NCBI GenBank assembly: GCA_900234795.1
Contig: LT962688.1
Coordinates: forward strand, 90,001 to 122,000
Source: Methylorubrum extorquens
GTDB lineage: Bacteria > Pseudomonadota > Alphaproteobacteria > Rhizobiales > Beijerinckiaceae
Direction: 5' to 3'
DNA: 32,000 bases
Position numbers and translations under genes: made by a program. Each line of letters starts with the position of its first letter. The first letter of the stretch is position 1. Shown here piece by piece: positions 7,252 to 19,086 of this stretch. The notes beneath the pieces were generated by a model. That model was not told the origin of the DNA, did no database searches, and worked only from the letters and a program-made list of their open reading frames with translations.

Positions 7252-8340
7252 TCATTGCGGCGTCTCTCCCGAAGCGGGCGCGCCGGGCACCATGGCGGGG
7301 CTGCGCAGGGTCTGGTTCGCGGCGCCGTCCTGCGGGGTCAGGCCGGGCGCGCAGATGTTCTGCGCGGTCGCAAGGTTGAGCGAGCCGATCAGGTCGAACC
7401 GGTCGGTGCCATGGCGGATATAGGCGGTGAGCGCCTGGATCTCGCCGTCGGAGAGTTTGCCCTCGTAGCTCGGCATGATCGGCTCGTAGCCGGCGACCAC
7501 ATCGCGCTGAGGCTGAAGGATCGAGTCGCGGATGTAAGCTTCGTCCACGCTTGCCATGCGTCCGCCTTCCAGCGGCACCGACTGCCCCCAGATCCCGGCG
7601 AGCGAAGGCGCGTGCACCTTCGTACCGGCGTTATGGCAGCCGGAGCAGCCGCGCGCGGAGAAGAGCCGTTCGCCGAGTTCGGCGAGGCCGTCCCGCTCGG
7701 GCTGCCGTGTGAGCCATTGCGCGTAGTCCTGCGGCTCCATCACGATCACCCGGCCCAGCATGCGCGAGTGGTCGGTGCCGCAATACTCAGTGCAGAGCAG
7801 GTGATAGGTGCCTGTCTTGGTCGCCTGAAACCACGTCTCGGTCTGCTGGTAGGGCAGGGCGTCGCGCTTCAGGCGGAAGGCCGGGACGTAGAACGAGTGG
7901 ATCACGTCCTGCGACGTCAGAAGCAGGCGCACCGGCGCGCCGACCGGGACATGCAGCTCATTGATCTCGCGCGTGCCGCTCGGCCCTTGCGTCTTCCACA
8001 TCCATTGCTTGCCGACGACGTGGATCTCGATGGCATCCTTCGGCGGCGAGAAGGCGACGATCTCCACCGAGGCCGCCCACCAGAAGATGAAGACGAAGAT
8101 GAAGAGCGTCGCGGCGGTCCAGCCGATCTCGAATTCGCGGGAAACGACGCTCGGCATCTCGCCGCGCTTAGCTGGGGAGCCGCGGCGGAACCGGATCGCG
8201 AAGGTCAGGACCAGCCCGACCACGAGCAGGACGATGGCCGAGGAGATCAGCAAGAGGCCGACGAAGATCGTATCGACCTTCGCCGCCTGAACGGAGGCCG
8301 ATTCCGGTCGCAGGAAGGCGGGGATCAGGGAATCGAGCAT
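7252..8340 (-). CDS. coxB: cytochrome c oxidase subunit II with fused C-terminal cytochrome c domain (caa3 type)
   Basis: 362-aa ORF with two N-terminal TM helices. CuA site is [13 protein letters not shown]...[12 protein letters not shown]. The C-terminal haem c site is CSGCH, with IMPSYEG providing the Met ligand region. Confidence 0.95.
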   Translation of the reverse strand: MLDSLIPAFLRPESASVQAAKVDTIFVGLLLISSAIVLLVVGLVLTFAIRFRRGSPAKRGEMPSVVSREFEIGWTAATLFIFVFIFWWAASVEIVAFSPPKDAIEIHVVGKQWMWKTQGPSGTREINELHVPVGAPVRLLLTSQDVIHSFYVPAFRLKRDALPYQQTETWFQATKTGTYHLLCTEYCGTDHSRMLGRVIVMEPQDYAQWLTRQPERDGLAELGERLFSARGCSGCHNAGTKVHAPSLAGIWGQSVPLEGGRMASVDEAYIRDSILQPQRDVVAGYEPIMPSYEGKLSDGEIQALTAYIRHGTDRFDLIGSLNLATAQNICAPGLTPQDGAANQTLRSPAMVPGAPASGETPQ

Positions 8341-8861
8341 CAGCGCGCGCCTATCCCCGGTCCGGTGCTCACGGGCGTGCTGACCGCGTCCGGCCCGGCG
8401 CCGGGCGAGAGAACGCGGCTCGACGCACCGCCGCGGCTGCCGAGCGCGGGCGTACGCTCCGGCTGGAGAGGGGCCGCGTAGGCCGCGTTGCCGCGCTCCG
8501 CGAGGCGTCGCATCGCCTCCTCGATCGGCATCCGGGCGATCCCGTTCGCGCGGTCGATCCAGGCGTAACCGTCGAGCTTGGCCCGCTGATCCCTGAGCAT
8601 TGCCGCGAGGTCGGCCGCTGGGCTCTGCTGAAGCCGGGGCGCCGGAAACATCCGCGCCGTCTGAACCAGGGGGCCGAGGCCCTGGCGGTTATAGTAGTAC
8701 CGAAGCCCGCCGATGGTGACGGCGGTGAAGACGACGATGAACAGGCCGGTCAGCAGCAGCGGCTTGAGCCGGATATCGGGCGCCTCGGTGCCGGGTGGAG
8801 CATGGCCGACGACGACGTCGTGGACCCGCGTATGGAGTTGACCGCGCGCCGCGTCAGACAT
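8340..8861 (-). CDS. uncharacterised bitopic membrane protein encoded between actF and coxB
   Basis: Track ORF 8340..8879. The ATG at 8861 (MSDAARG...) overlaps the actF stop (8854-8856), and the ORF's own stop overlaps the coxB ATG by 1 nt (TGATG at 8338-8342). One TM (LLLTGLFIVVFTAVTIGGL), a periplasmic segment FPAPRLQQSPAADLAAMLRDQRAKLDGYAWIDRANGIARMPIEEAMRRLAERG, and a low-complexity tail. No family recognised. Confidence 0.6.
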   Translation of the reverse strand: MSDAARGQLHTRVHDVVVGHAPPGTEAPDIRLKPLLLTGLFIVVFTAVTIGGLRYYYNRQGLGPLVQTARMFPAPRLQQSPAADLAAMLRDQRAKLDGYAWIDRANGIARMPIEEAMRRLAERGNAAYAAPLQPERTPALGSRGGASSRVLSPGAGPDAVSTPVSTGPGIGAR

Positions 8862-9810
8862 GACGAAGCCACCCGGCACGCCGGATGATGAGCCGGGAGG
8901 CGAAGCGGGACAGAAGCACCAGCACGGCGAGCGCGACCACGGCCGCCGCGGCGGCGGAGCCGGCCTCGTCGCCGTAAGCCGGGAGAACGAGCCAGGCGAA
9001 GTGTACCGCCACGCCGACCAGCACGAGCAGGCCGACGCCGCGCATCAGCGCCGGACTGTTCCGCACGGCCGAGAACAGCAGGGCGAGGAAGGGCAAGATC
9101 CCGCCGATGATCGGGCTCGCTACGAGGACGCCGCCCCAGGGGCTCGCGCCGCGCTTGAGATACCACGCCGCCTTGGGCGGAAGGTCGCCGTACCACGCCA
9201 CGATGTAGGACATCAGCTCGAGGTAAATCACGCCGAGGAGCGTCGCGAGCATAAGGCCCGCGAGGTCGGAGGCGCCGCGCGCGTCGAGGCTCGGCGGACT
9301 CACCAGAGCGGCGAAGGCGAGCGCCGCGAGGATCTGGTGGAGCGCGACGTCAGCGGGAAAGGCCGAGGCGTTGAAGCCGGGCTCGACCGAGAGAATCCAG
9401 TCGACGGAGACGAGGCTGATGGTCAGGCCGTAGAAGGTGAGACCAAGGGCGGCGACGAGCGTGCCGGCGCGTCCGGACAGGAACAACGCTCCGAGCACCG
9501 ACCAGCCGAGCAGCGTCACGGCCGCACGGACGAGAAACAGCGTCGGATCGAGGTAGAGGCGCAGCACGTCCGGCTTGGCGCCGGTGCCCGCGGCCCAGGG
9601 ATAGTCGGCGTGAAGCCCGAGGGCGACACCAAGGAAGGTGACGGCGGCGAGCGGCACGAGGGCGGTCGCCGGCCGCAGCACCGGAGCGAGAACCTCGCCC
9701 CAGCGCCCACCGGTCACCCTATGGATCATCACGAGGACGAGGGCACCGAAAGGCACCGCGCTCCAGACGATCCAGGCCAGCAGCCAGCCGCGGGACAGGG
9801 CATCGCTCAC
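8854..9810 (-). CDS. actF: Alternative Complex III subunit ActF-like polytopic membrane protein (short form, 318 aa)
   Basis: Occupies the position after actE. GTG at 9810 overlaps the actE stop (GTGA). About 8 TM helices. The segment MIHRVTGGRWGEVLAPVLRPA...LHADYPWA resembles the conserved ActF/NrfD-like segment. Assignment rests on synteny and hydrophobicity. Confidence 0.65.
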   Translation of the reverse strand: MSDALSRGWLLAWIVWSAVPFGALVLVMIHRVTGGRWGEVLAPVLRPATALVPLAAVTFLGVALGLHADYPWAAGTGAKPDVLRLYLDPTLFLVRAAVTLLGWSVLGALFLSGRAGTLVAALGLTFYGLTISLVSVDWILSVEPGFNASAFPADVALHQILAALAFAALVSPPSLDARGASDLAGLMLATLLGVIYLELMSYIVAWYGDLPPKAAWYLKRGASPWGGVLVASPIIGGILPFLALLFSAVRNSPALMRGVGLLVLVGVAVHFAWLVLPAYGDEAGSAAAAAVVALAVLVLLSRFASRLIIRRAGWLRHV

Positions 9811-10334
9811 GGCAGCTTCTCCGCGAGACCGGGCGCCTCGGCGACGCGGGCGCCCTGCGAGAGCTGCAACGCGCGGATATAGGCGGCGATGGCCCAGCGG
9901 TCGCGCGGCTCGACTCGGTTGGCGTAGGCGTACATCACACCGTAACCGCGGGTGATGACATCGACGAAGTAGGCGGCCGGCGCCGCCCGCAGGCGGTCGT
10001 CGTGATAGGAAGGCGGGGCGGGAAAGCCGCGCTGCACCACCATGCCGTCGCCGTGGCCGGTATAGCCGTGGCAGGGCGTGCAGATCGCGTCGTAGCGCTG
10101 GCGACCGCGCTCCAGCAGCGCCGCATCTACGGGCGGCGGCTCGCGCAGGCCGGTCTCGCGTTCGAGCGCGCCGATCGCGACCGTGCCCTCCGGCGGACGC
10201 CGCGCCTCCGCGTGATCGGGGAAGAGCGGGGCTTTGCCGTAGACCTCGTAACGCGCCTGCTGGCGCATCGACTGATCCTCGCAGGCGCCGAGGGCGGCCA
10301 GCAGCGGCAGCAGCAGGGGGAGGGCGCGCCTCAC
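9807..10334 (-). CDS. actE: ACIII monohaem cytochrome c subunit ActE (lipoprotein)
   Basis: 175 aa. Lipobox signal MRRALPLLLPLLAALGAC. Single haem site CTPCH with a downstream Met region (YGVMYAY). GTG at 10334 overlaps the actD stop (GTGA). Confidence 0.85.
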   Translation of the reverse strand: MRRALPLLLPLLAALGACEDQSMRQQARYEVYGKAPLFPDHAEARRPPEGTVAIGALERETGLREPPPVDAALLERGRQRYDAICTPCHGYTGHGDGMVVQRGFPAPPSYHDDRLRAAPAAYFVDVITRGYGVMYAYANRVEPRDRWAIAAYIRALQLSQGARVAEAPGLAEKLP

Positions 10335-10849
10335 GGGTGCATCTCCGCGACGAGGAGGGCCCCGGCCCGCTCCAGGCTCTCGCGAAGCGCCGTCGCGTCG
10401 GTGTCCTTCGACGCGACGAGGAGCAGGAAGCGGTCCTGGCTCGCGCGCTCGAATTGCGGGATCGCGAAGAGCGGATGGTGCAGGCGCGGCAACCCGCAGC
10501 TCCAGAACAGGGCGATGAGGCCCGTGATGGCCGCGATCAGCACGCCGAATTCGAACGGCACCAGCAGGAAGACCGGCCAGGAATGCAGCGGACGCCCGCC
10601 GGTGTTCAACGGGTAATCAATCACGGAGGAGTACCATTGCAGGGCGTACATCGCCGCCGCCGCGCCGAAGCCTGCCAAAGCCATCACCGGCCGCACGAGG
10701 TTGCGTGGCGGCGCGAAAGCGTTCGTGAGATCCGGCACCGGGAAGGGCGTGAAGGCGTCGAGCGCGCGGTGGCCGTCGGCGGCGGCGAGCCGCATCGCCC
10801 GCACCAGCGCGTCGGGGTTGTCGAACTCGGCGAGCAGCGGGGCGCTCAT
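10331..10849 (-). CDS. actD: ACIII membrane subunit ActD (DUF3341-like)
   Basis: 172 aa. The N-terminus LLAEFDNPDALVRAMRLAAADGHRALDAFTPFPVPDL is typical of ActD, followed by two TM helices. The ATG overlaps the actC stop (ATGA, 10846-10849). Confidence 0.85.
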   Translation of the reverse strand: MSAPLLAEFDNPDALVRAMRLAAADGHRALDAFTPFPVPDLTNAFAPPRNLVRPVMALAGFGAAAAMYALQWYSSVIDYPLNTGGRPLHSWPVFLLVPFEFGVLIAAITGLIALFWSCGLPRLHHPLFAIPQFERASQDRFLLLVASKDTDATALRESLERAGALLVAEMHP

Positions 10850-12212
10850 GCCGTTCCCCCTCGCGCCGCGCCCTCATCGTGGGCGAGCTGGCTGACCTCG
10901 TGGATGGAGACGATGGGGAAGATCCGCGCCAGCACGAGGAAGCCGAAGGCGAACAGCCCGAGCGGCGCGATCAGGATCACCACGTCGTAGAAGCTGACGT
11001 GATAGGTCCGCCACAGGCTCACGGCGTGGCCATGCGAGAGCGTGTTCCAGACGATCAGAATGCGCTCCAGCCACATGCCGAGATTGATCACGATCGAGAT
11101 GATCGCGAGCGCCCACAGGTTGAGGCGCACCCGGGCGAACCAGAGCGCCTGCGGCACGAGGCAGTTGCAGAACAACAGGCTGTAGTAGAGCCAGCGATAG
11201 TCGCCGGTGAAGAAGTAGGCGATCACGGCGCGGTCGGCGTGATCGCCGCCGTACCAGCCCATGAACCACTCCGTGGCGTAGGAGAAGGTCATGACGATCG
11301 AGGCGAACAGCATCACCTTCGCCATGGCGTCGAAATGGGCCGGGGTGATCACCGCCTGGAGGTTCAGGCCCCAGCGGATGATGATGGCCAGCACCACCAC
11401 CATGGCGAAGCCCGAATACATGGCTCCGACGACGAAGTAGGGCGGGAAGATCGATTCCTGCCAGCCGGGCATCAGGCTCGCGGCGAAGTCGAGGCCGACG
11501 ATGGAGTGGACGGAGCAGACCAGCGGGACGGCCAAAGCCGCCATGGTCTTGTGAAAGGTCTCGTAGACCGCCCAATGCCGCGCCGAGCCGCGCCAGCCCA
11601 GCGCCAGCGCACCGTAGAGCCGCCGTCCGAAGCGCGACTGCGCCCGGTCGCGCATGGTCGCGAGGTCGGGCAGCAGGCCGGTGAACCAGAAGATCAGGGA
11701 GAACAGAAGGTAGCTGAGGATCGCCCAGAAATCCCAGACCAGCGCCGAGCGCCATTGCGGCCAGAGATCCATGGTGTTGGGGTAGGGGGCGAGCCAATAC
11801 GAGTAGAGCGGCCGCCCGAGATGGATGATCGGGAAGATGCCGGCGATGGCGGCCGCGAACAGCGTCATCGCCTCGGCGAAGCGATTGATCGAGGCGCGCC
11901 AGTGCTGGCGCGTCAGCAGCAGCATCGAGGAGATCAGCGTTCCGGCATTGCCGATGCCGATCCACCAGACGTAGTTGGCGATCGAGAAGCCCCACACCAC
12001 CGTGGTGTTCACCCCCGAGAGGCCGATGCCGACGGTGAGCACTGCGCCGATGGCGATCACTGTGGCGAGCACGAGCGGCAGCACGCCGAGGAAGGCGATG
12101 ACCCAGGCCCGTCCCGGCCGGCGCCTCTGGATCGGATCGGCGACCGCGGCGCAGATCTCGCCGTAGCCGAGACGCTCGCGGGCGATCCAGTGATGGGGCT
12201 GGGCATGCCCGC

Positions 12213-12216
<4 letters not shown>
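10846..12216 (-). CDS. actC: ACIII quinol-interacting NrfD/PsrC-like membrane subunit ActC
   Basis: Track ORF 10846..12486 trimmed to the in-frame GTG at 12216, which overlaps the actB stop (GTGA, 12213-12216). About 456 aa, polytopic, NrfD-like (WGFSIANYVWWIGIGNAGTLISSMLLL...). Confidence 0.9.
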
Positions 12217-15010
<2,794 letters not shown>

Positions 15011-15032
<22 letters not shown>

Positions 15033-15670
15033 TCGCTCAGCCGCTCGGCTGACTTGATGTGGCGCTCCTCCATGAAGCGCGCGCCGAACGCCGCCTGATT
15101 GGCCGGCGGCTTCCAGTTCATATCGAACACCGCCTCATGCGGACGCAGGTTCGGCGCCGGATCGCGGTGGCAGTCGAGGCACCAGCCCATGGTGAGCGGC
15201 GCGGCCTGCCGCATCAGCTTCATGGTCTGGACTTCGCCGTGGCAAGTCGAGCAACCAACGCCCTTGGCCACGTGCACGGAATGATTGAAGTAGACATAGG
15301 CCGGAAGGTTGTGAACGCGGTTCCATTGGAGCGGTCTCTCCTCGGCGAGGCTCTGGCGCACGGGCGCAAGCATCGGTGCGTTGGTCCATTCCTGCGAATG
15401 GCAGCTCATGCAGGTCTCGGTGGGAGGAATGCCGGCGAAGGCCGCCTTCTCGACGGAGGTGTGGCAGTAGCGGCAGTCGATCCCGAGCCCACCGACATGG
15501 TGCTCGTGGCTGAAGGGAATGGGCTGCTCGCGTGTCACGTCCTGGGCCGTGGCGTAGGGCGAGCGCCAAAGCGCGTAGGCGAGCCCCACGGCCAGGACCG
15601 GCGCAGCGCCGATCGAGGCAAGAACGACGCGGGCGACCGTATCCGCTCCTGGATGAAATACCTGAACCAT
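15011..15670 (-). CDS. actA: ACIII pentahaem cytochrome c subunit ActA
   Basis: 219 aa with an N-terminal TM anchor. Five CxxCH sites: CRYCH, CMSCH, CSTCH, CLDCH, CSICH. Confidence 0.95.
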
Positions 15671-15803
15671 CCCGCGCGGGCAGCCTTCCGTCCATCACCG
15701 TTCGTATCTTCGGGGATTAAGGCTGGCCGATATTCGTTCTTTCCGCAAGAATGACGATGAGATGTCGACCTAAATTGTTTGTCATCGCCCTAATACAACG
15801 ATA

Positions 15804-16101
15804 CCGACGCGTCGTATTATTCACGCCTTGCTTACAAGGCGGGTTCTTCTTCTTTCTCGGCGGCGATCTAAACGCGATGGTTTTTGCGCGCTCGGCTCCG
15901 CTGGATCTTTTCCGGCGGTCAGAACGGATGGGTGGCTCGTCTGTCGTGCATCCTCCCTCGCGACACGCCCGGCTCGGCGCCGACGCGTCGGTCACGCCTT
16001 GATGGCCGGGAAACCTCGGATGCCGGAGAAAGATCAATCGGAAATGTCGAGCTTCGTCGCTCCCCGTCACCGTCGGTCTCGACCGAACGGCCGACGCGTC
16101 G
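15804..16101. repeat. three copies of the palindromic motif CCGACGCGTCG in the act leader, two extended by TCACGCCTTG
   Basis: CGACGCGTCG occurs at 15805-15814, 15981-15990 and 16092-16101, each preceded by C. Copies 1 and 2 are followed, after 6 nt and 1 nt respectively, by the identical 10-mer TCACGCCTTG (15821-15830; 15992-16001). Confidence 0.5.
15824..15858 (+). terminator. terminator-like hairpin with U/C-rich tail (plus-strand orientation) in the AT-rich part of the act leader
   Basis: CGCCTTG-CTTA-CAAGGCG (15824-15841, 7-bp stem) is followed by GGTTCTTCTTCTTTCTC. There is no upstream plus-strand gene, so its function is unknown. Confidence 0.25.
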
Positions 16102-16417
16102 AAGGACGGTACGAGCTGTCTGTCGGTTGACCGACGTTTCGTGAACGAGACGGCGTCTGATCCGGTGCGGCGGTACGCATACGGTAAACCGGAGCGTCGA
16201 GCCGCCTGCGACGGACGCGAAGCCGGTCTCCCCGGACATTGGCTCGATGAAATGTCACCGATGGGGACGAGAAGTTAGCTCGGCCGCTTCGACCGCGCGG
16301 AGCTGCCCGCCTTCCTGTTCCGCTTCAACTCAAAATGCCCACACAGCGGCATCAACGGCACCGCACCCCTCAGCCGCCTCGGCCTAGCCGAGGACAACCT
16401 CTCGAGCATCCCCAGGA

Positions 16418-17820
16418 TCAGACTCGCAGAACCTTACCCGGGTTGAGCAGGCCGTCCGGGTCGAGCGCCCGCTTCAGGCGAAGCGCCAAAGCCATCTCCT
16501 CGGGCCGGCGGCGGCGCGCCAGCTCGTCGACGCGGTATTGGCCGATGCCGTGCTCGGCGGAGATGCTGCCGGCGAACCGATCGACCACGTCGTGCACGAG
16601 CCGGTTGATCGCGGCGCTGTCATGCTCGGGCCCGATCAGCACATTGTAGTGCAGGTTGCCGTCGCCCATGTGGCCGAACACGTTCGGGACGGTGCCGGGC
16701 GCGCCCTCGGCCAGGGCTCGGTCGGCGGCCTCAAGGAAGGCCGGGATCGCCGGGATCGGGACCGAGACGTCGTGCTTGACCGACTTGCCCTGGTGCGCCT
16801 CGCACTCGGTGATGCGCTCGCGCAGACCCCAAAGGCCGGCAGCCTGCGCCTTCGACTCGGCGAGCACGCCGTCCACGGCGTCGCCCCGCTCCAGAACTTC
16901 GCCCAGCGTGCCTTCGACCGCGTCGCGCAGGCCGGAAAGGCTCGATCCCGCTTCGAGCAGGATGCACCAGGGGGAGGGCGGCAGCGGGCTCGGCAGGCCG
17001 GCATAGCGCTCCAGCAGATCGAAGGAGCAGCGCGAGATCAGCTCGAAGGCCTGAATGGTGTCGCCGAGGCCGTCCTGCGCGGCGGCCAGCACCCGGAGCG
17101 CCGCTTCCGGGTCGGGCACCGCCAGCAGGGCGGTCTCGGTGTGGCGCGGCCGGGGCACGAGGCGCAGCACCGCCGCGGTGACGATGCCGAGCGTCCCCTC
17201 GCTGCCGATGAAGAGCTGCTTCCAGTCGTAGCCCGCATTGTCCTTGCGCAAGGCGCGCAGGCCGTCGACGACGCTGCCGTCGGCGAGCACGACTTCGAGA
17301 CCGAGCACTAGGTTGCGGGTCATGCCGTAGCGCAGCACGTTGATGCCGCCGGAATTGGTGGCGATCATGCCGCCGACCATCGCCGAGCCCTCCGCGCCGT
17401 AGCTCACCGGGAACAATCGCCCGGCGGCCTCGGCCGCCGCTTGCACGGCCTGGACGACGCAGCCCGCCTCGACCTCCAGGGTGAGGCCGACCGGATCGAT
17501 GGCGCGGACCGCGTTCATCCGCGCCAGCGAGAGAGCACGAGTTGGCGCCCCGACGCGTCGGGGGTGGCCCCGCCCGCGAGCCCGGTATGGCCGCCCTGGG
17601 GCACCAGGGCGATGCCGGCCTCGCGGCACAGGCCGGCGACCGACGCGACCTGCGCCGTGCTCGACGGCCGCGCCACGGCGGCGGGCCGGCCCGGGAACAG
17701 GCGGCGCCAGTCGATGGCGAAGGGCGCGCAATCGGCCTCGTCCGTCAGCAGGCCGCCCGGTCCCAACAGGCCGTCGAGACGGGCGAGAAGATCGGGGGGG
17801 GGGAGACCGGTCGCGCTCAT
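16418..17820 (-). pseudogene. FAD-linked oxidase (GlcD / D-2-hydroxyglutarate dehydrogenase-like) split by a frameshift
   Basis: The N-terminal ORF 17515..17820 (MSATGLPPPDLLARLDGLLGPGGLLTDEADCAPFAIDWRRLFPGRPAAVARPSSTAQVASVAGLCREAGIALVPQGGHTGLAGGATPDASGRQLVLS...) continues in another frame as LSLARMNAVRAIDPVGLTLEVEAG... (track ORF 16418..17731). The switch is at CTCTCTC (17529-17535). Total length is 1403 nt, i.e. 3n+2, so removing 2 nt restores one 466-aa protein. Confidence 0.8.
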
Positions 17821-17835
17821 GGCTCGAAGGATTCC

Positions 17836-19086
17836 TTAGGCGATCCGCGCCTGGATCAGGCGGGTGCGCACGGTGCCGTCGATGGCGTCGAGCTCGGCGA
17901 GGATGCCGGCGCGATCGGCGGGCGCGGCGTCGGCTTCCACCACGACGTAGCCCAACTCGCCTTCGGTCTGAAGGTACTGCGACGCGATGTTGACGCCGCG
18001 CCGGGCGAAGGCTTGGTTGACGTGGCCGAGAACGCCGGGGACGTTCCGGTGCACGTGCAGGAAGCGCACGCCGCCGATGCGCGGCGGGATCTGCACCTGC
18101 GGGAAGTTGACGGCACCCAGCGTCGAACCGGTCTCGACGTAATCGACGAGCTTGCGCGCGACCTCCGAGCCGATGCGGTCCTGCGCTTCCTCGGTCGAGC
18201 CGCCGATATGCGGCGTGAGGATCACGTTCGGGATGCCCTGGAGCGGCGAGACGAAGCGCTCGTCGTTGGAGCGCGGCTCGACGGGGAACACGTCGACCGC
18301 CGCGCCGCGCAGGCGGCCCTCCTTGAGCGCGTCGGCGAGCGCGTCGAGATCGACCACGGTGCCGCGGCTGTTGTTGATGAGGTAGGCGCCGGGCTTCATC
18401 CGGCCGATGCGCTCGGCGCTCATGAGCCCGTGGGTCAGCGGCGTCTCCGGGACGTGCAGGCTCACCACGTCGCTGGCGGCGAGCAAGGCGTCGAGGCTGT
18501 CGGCCGGCTCCGTGTTGCCGTGGCGCAGCCGGTCGGTGAGATCGAAGAAGATCACCCGCATGCCCATCGCCTCGGCGAGGTTCGAGAGCTGCGCGCCGAT
18601 ATTGCCGTAGCCGACGATGCCGAGCGTCTTGCCGCGGACCTCGTAGGAATTCTCCGCTGACTTGTCCCAGCCGCCTTCATGCGCCGAGGCGGAGCGGGGC
18701 GTGATGCGGCGCAGCAGCATCACGATCTCGCCGATCGTCAGTTCGGCGACGCTGCGGGTGTTGGAGAAGGGCGCGTTGAAGACTGGGATGCCGCGGGCTC
18801 GGGCCGCTTCCAGATCGACCTGGTTGGTGCCGACGCTGAAGCAGCCGACCGCGACGAGGGCCGGAGCGGCATCGAGCAGGCCGGTCGTCACCTGCGTGCG
18901 CGAGCGGATGCCGAGGACGTGCGCCCCGGCGAGCACATCGGCATCCGCCGAGCCGATCGCGCGCGGCAGGCGCCGCACGTGGTGGAGGCTCGCCCGCGCG
19001 AGGACCTCGACCGCCGACGGCGCGATATTCTCGGCCAGGACGATGCTGACCTGATCCTGAAGGGTGAAGCTGTCCGTGCCCGGCAT
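17836..19086 (-). CDS. serA: D-3-phosphoglycerate dehydrogenase (E. coli-type, with C-terminal ACT domain)
   Basis: Track ORF trimmed to the ATG at 19086 (416 aa). It aligns closely by eye with E. coli SerA: GIRSRTQVT, AVGCFSVGTNQVDLEAARARGIPVFNAPFSNTRSVAEL, GIVGYGNIGAQL, SDVVSLHVPETP, LINNSRGTVVD, AAVDVFPVEP, LTPHIGGSTEEAQ, GSTLGAVNFPQV, HRNVPGVL...GVNIASQYLQT. Confidence 0.95.
   Translation of the reverse strand: MPGTDSFTLQDQVSIVLAENIAPSAVEVLARASLHHVRRLPRAIGSADADVLAGAHVLGIRSRTQVTTGLLDAAPALVAVGCFSVGTNQVDLEAARARGIPVFNAPFSNTRSVAELTIGEIVMLLRRITPRSASAHEGGWDKSAENSYEVRGKTLGIVGYGNIGAQLSNLAEAMGMRVIFFDLTDRLRHGNTEPADSLDALLAASDVVSLHVPETPLTHGLMSAERIGRMKPGAYLINNSRGTVVDLDALADALKEGRLRGAAVDVFPVEPRSNDERFVSPLQGIPNVILTPHIGGSTEEAQDRIGSEVARKLVDYVETGSTLGAVNFPQVQIPPRIGGVRFLHVHRNVPGVLGHVNQAFARRGVNIASQYLQTEGELGYVVVEADAAPADRAGILAELDAIDGTVRTRLIQARIA

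Noticed and set aside
16377-16393. Hairpin CCTCGGC-CTA-GCCGAGG downstream of the FAD oxidase stop, as an intrinsic terminator. GC-rich hairpins at about 23180-23212 and 27874-27892 were considered in the same way.
   Set aside because: The stems are short (7 bp) and have no following U-tract in the relevant orientation. They may still be Rho-dependent or structural elements, but cannot be called terminators from sequence.
15671-16417. FNR/FixK (TTGAT-N4-ATCAA), CRP-like (TGTGA-N6-TCACA) and ECF (GGAAT-N16-CGTCT) boxes in the act leader and in the 29140-29400 island.
   Set aside because: Only isolated half-sites were found (TTGAT at 15999 with ATCAA at 16033, and TTGAT at 29354 with ATCAA at 29395), spaced 30-36 nt apart. 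No properly spaced site is present.
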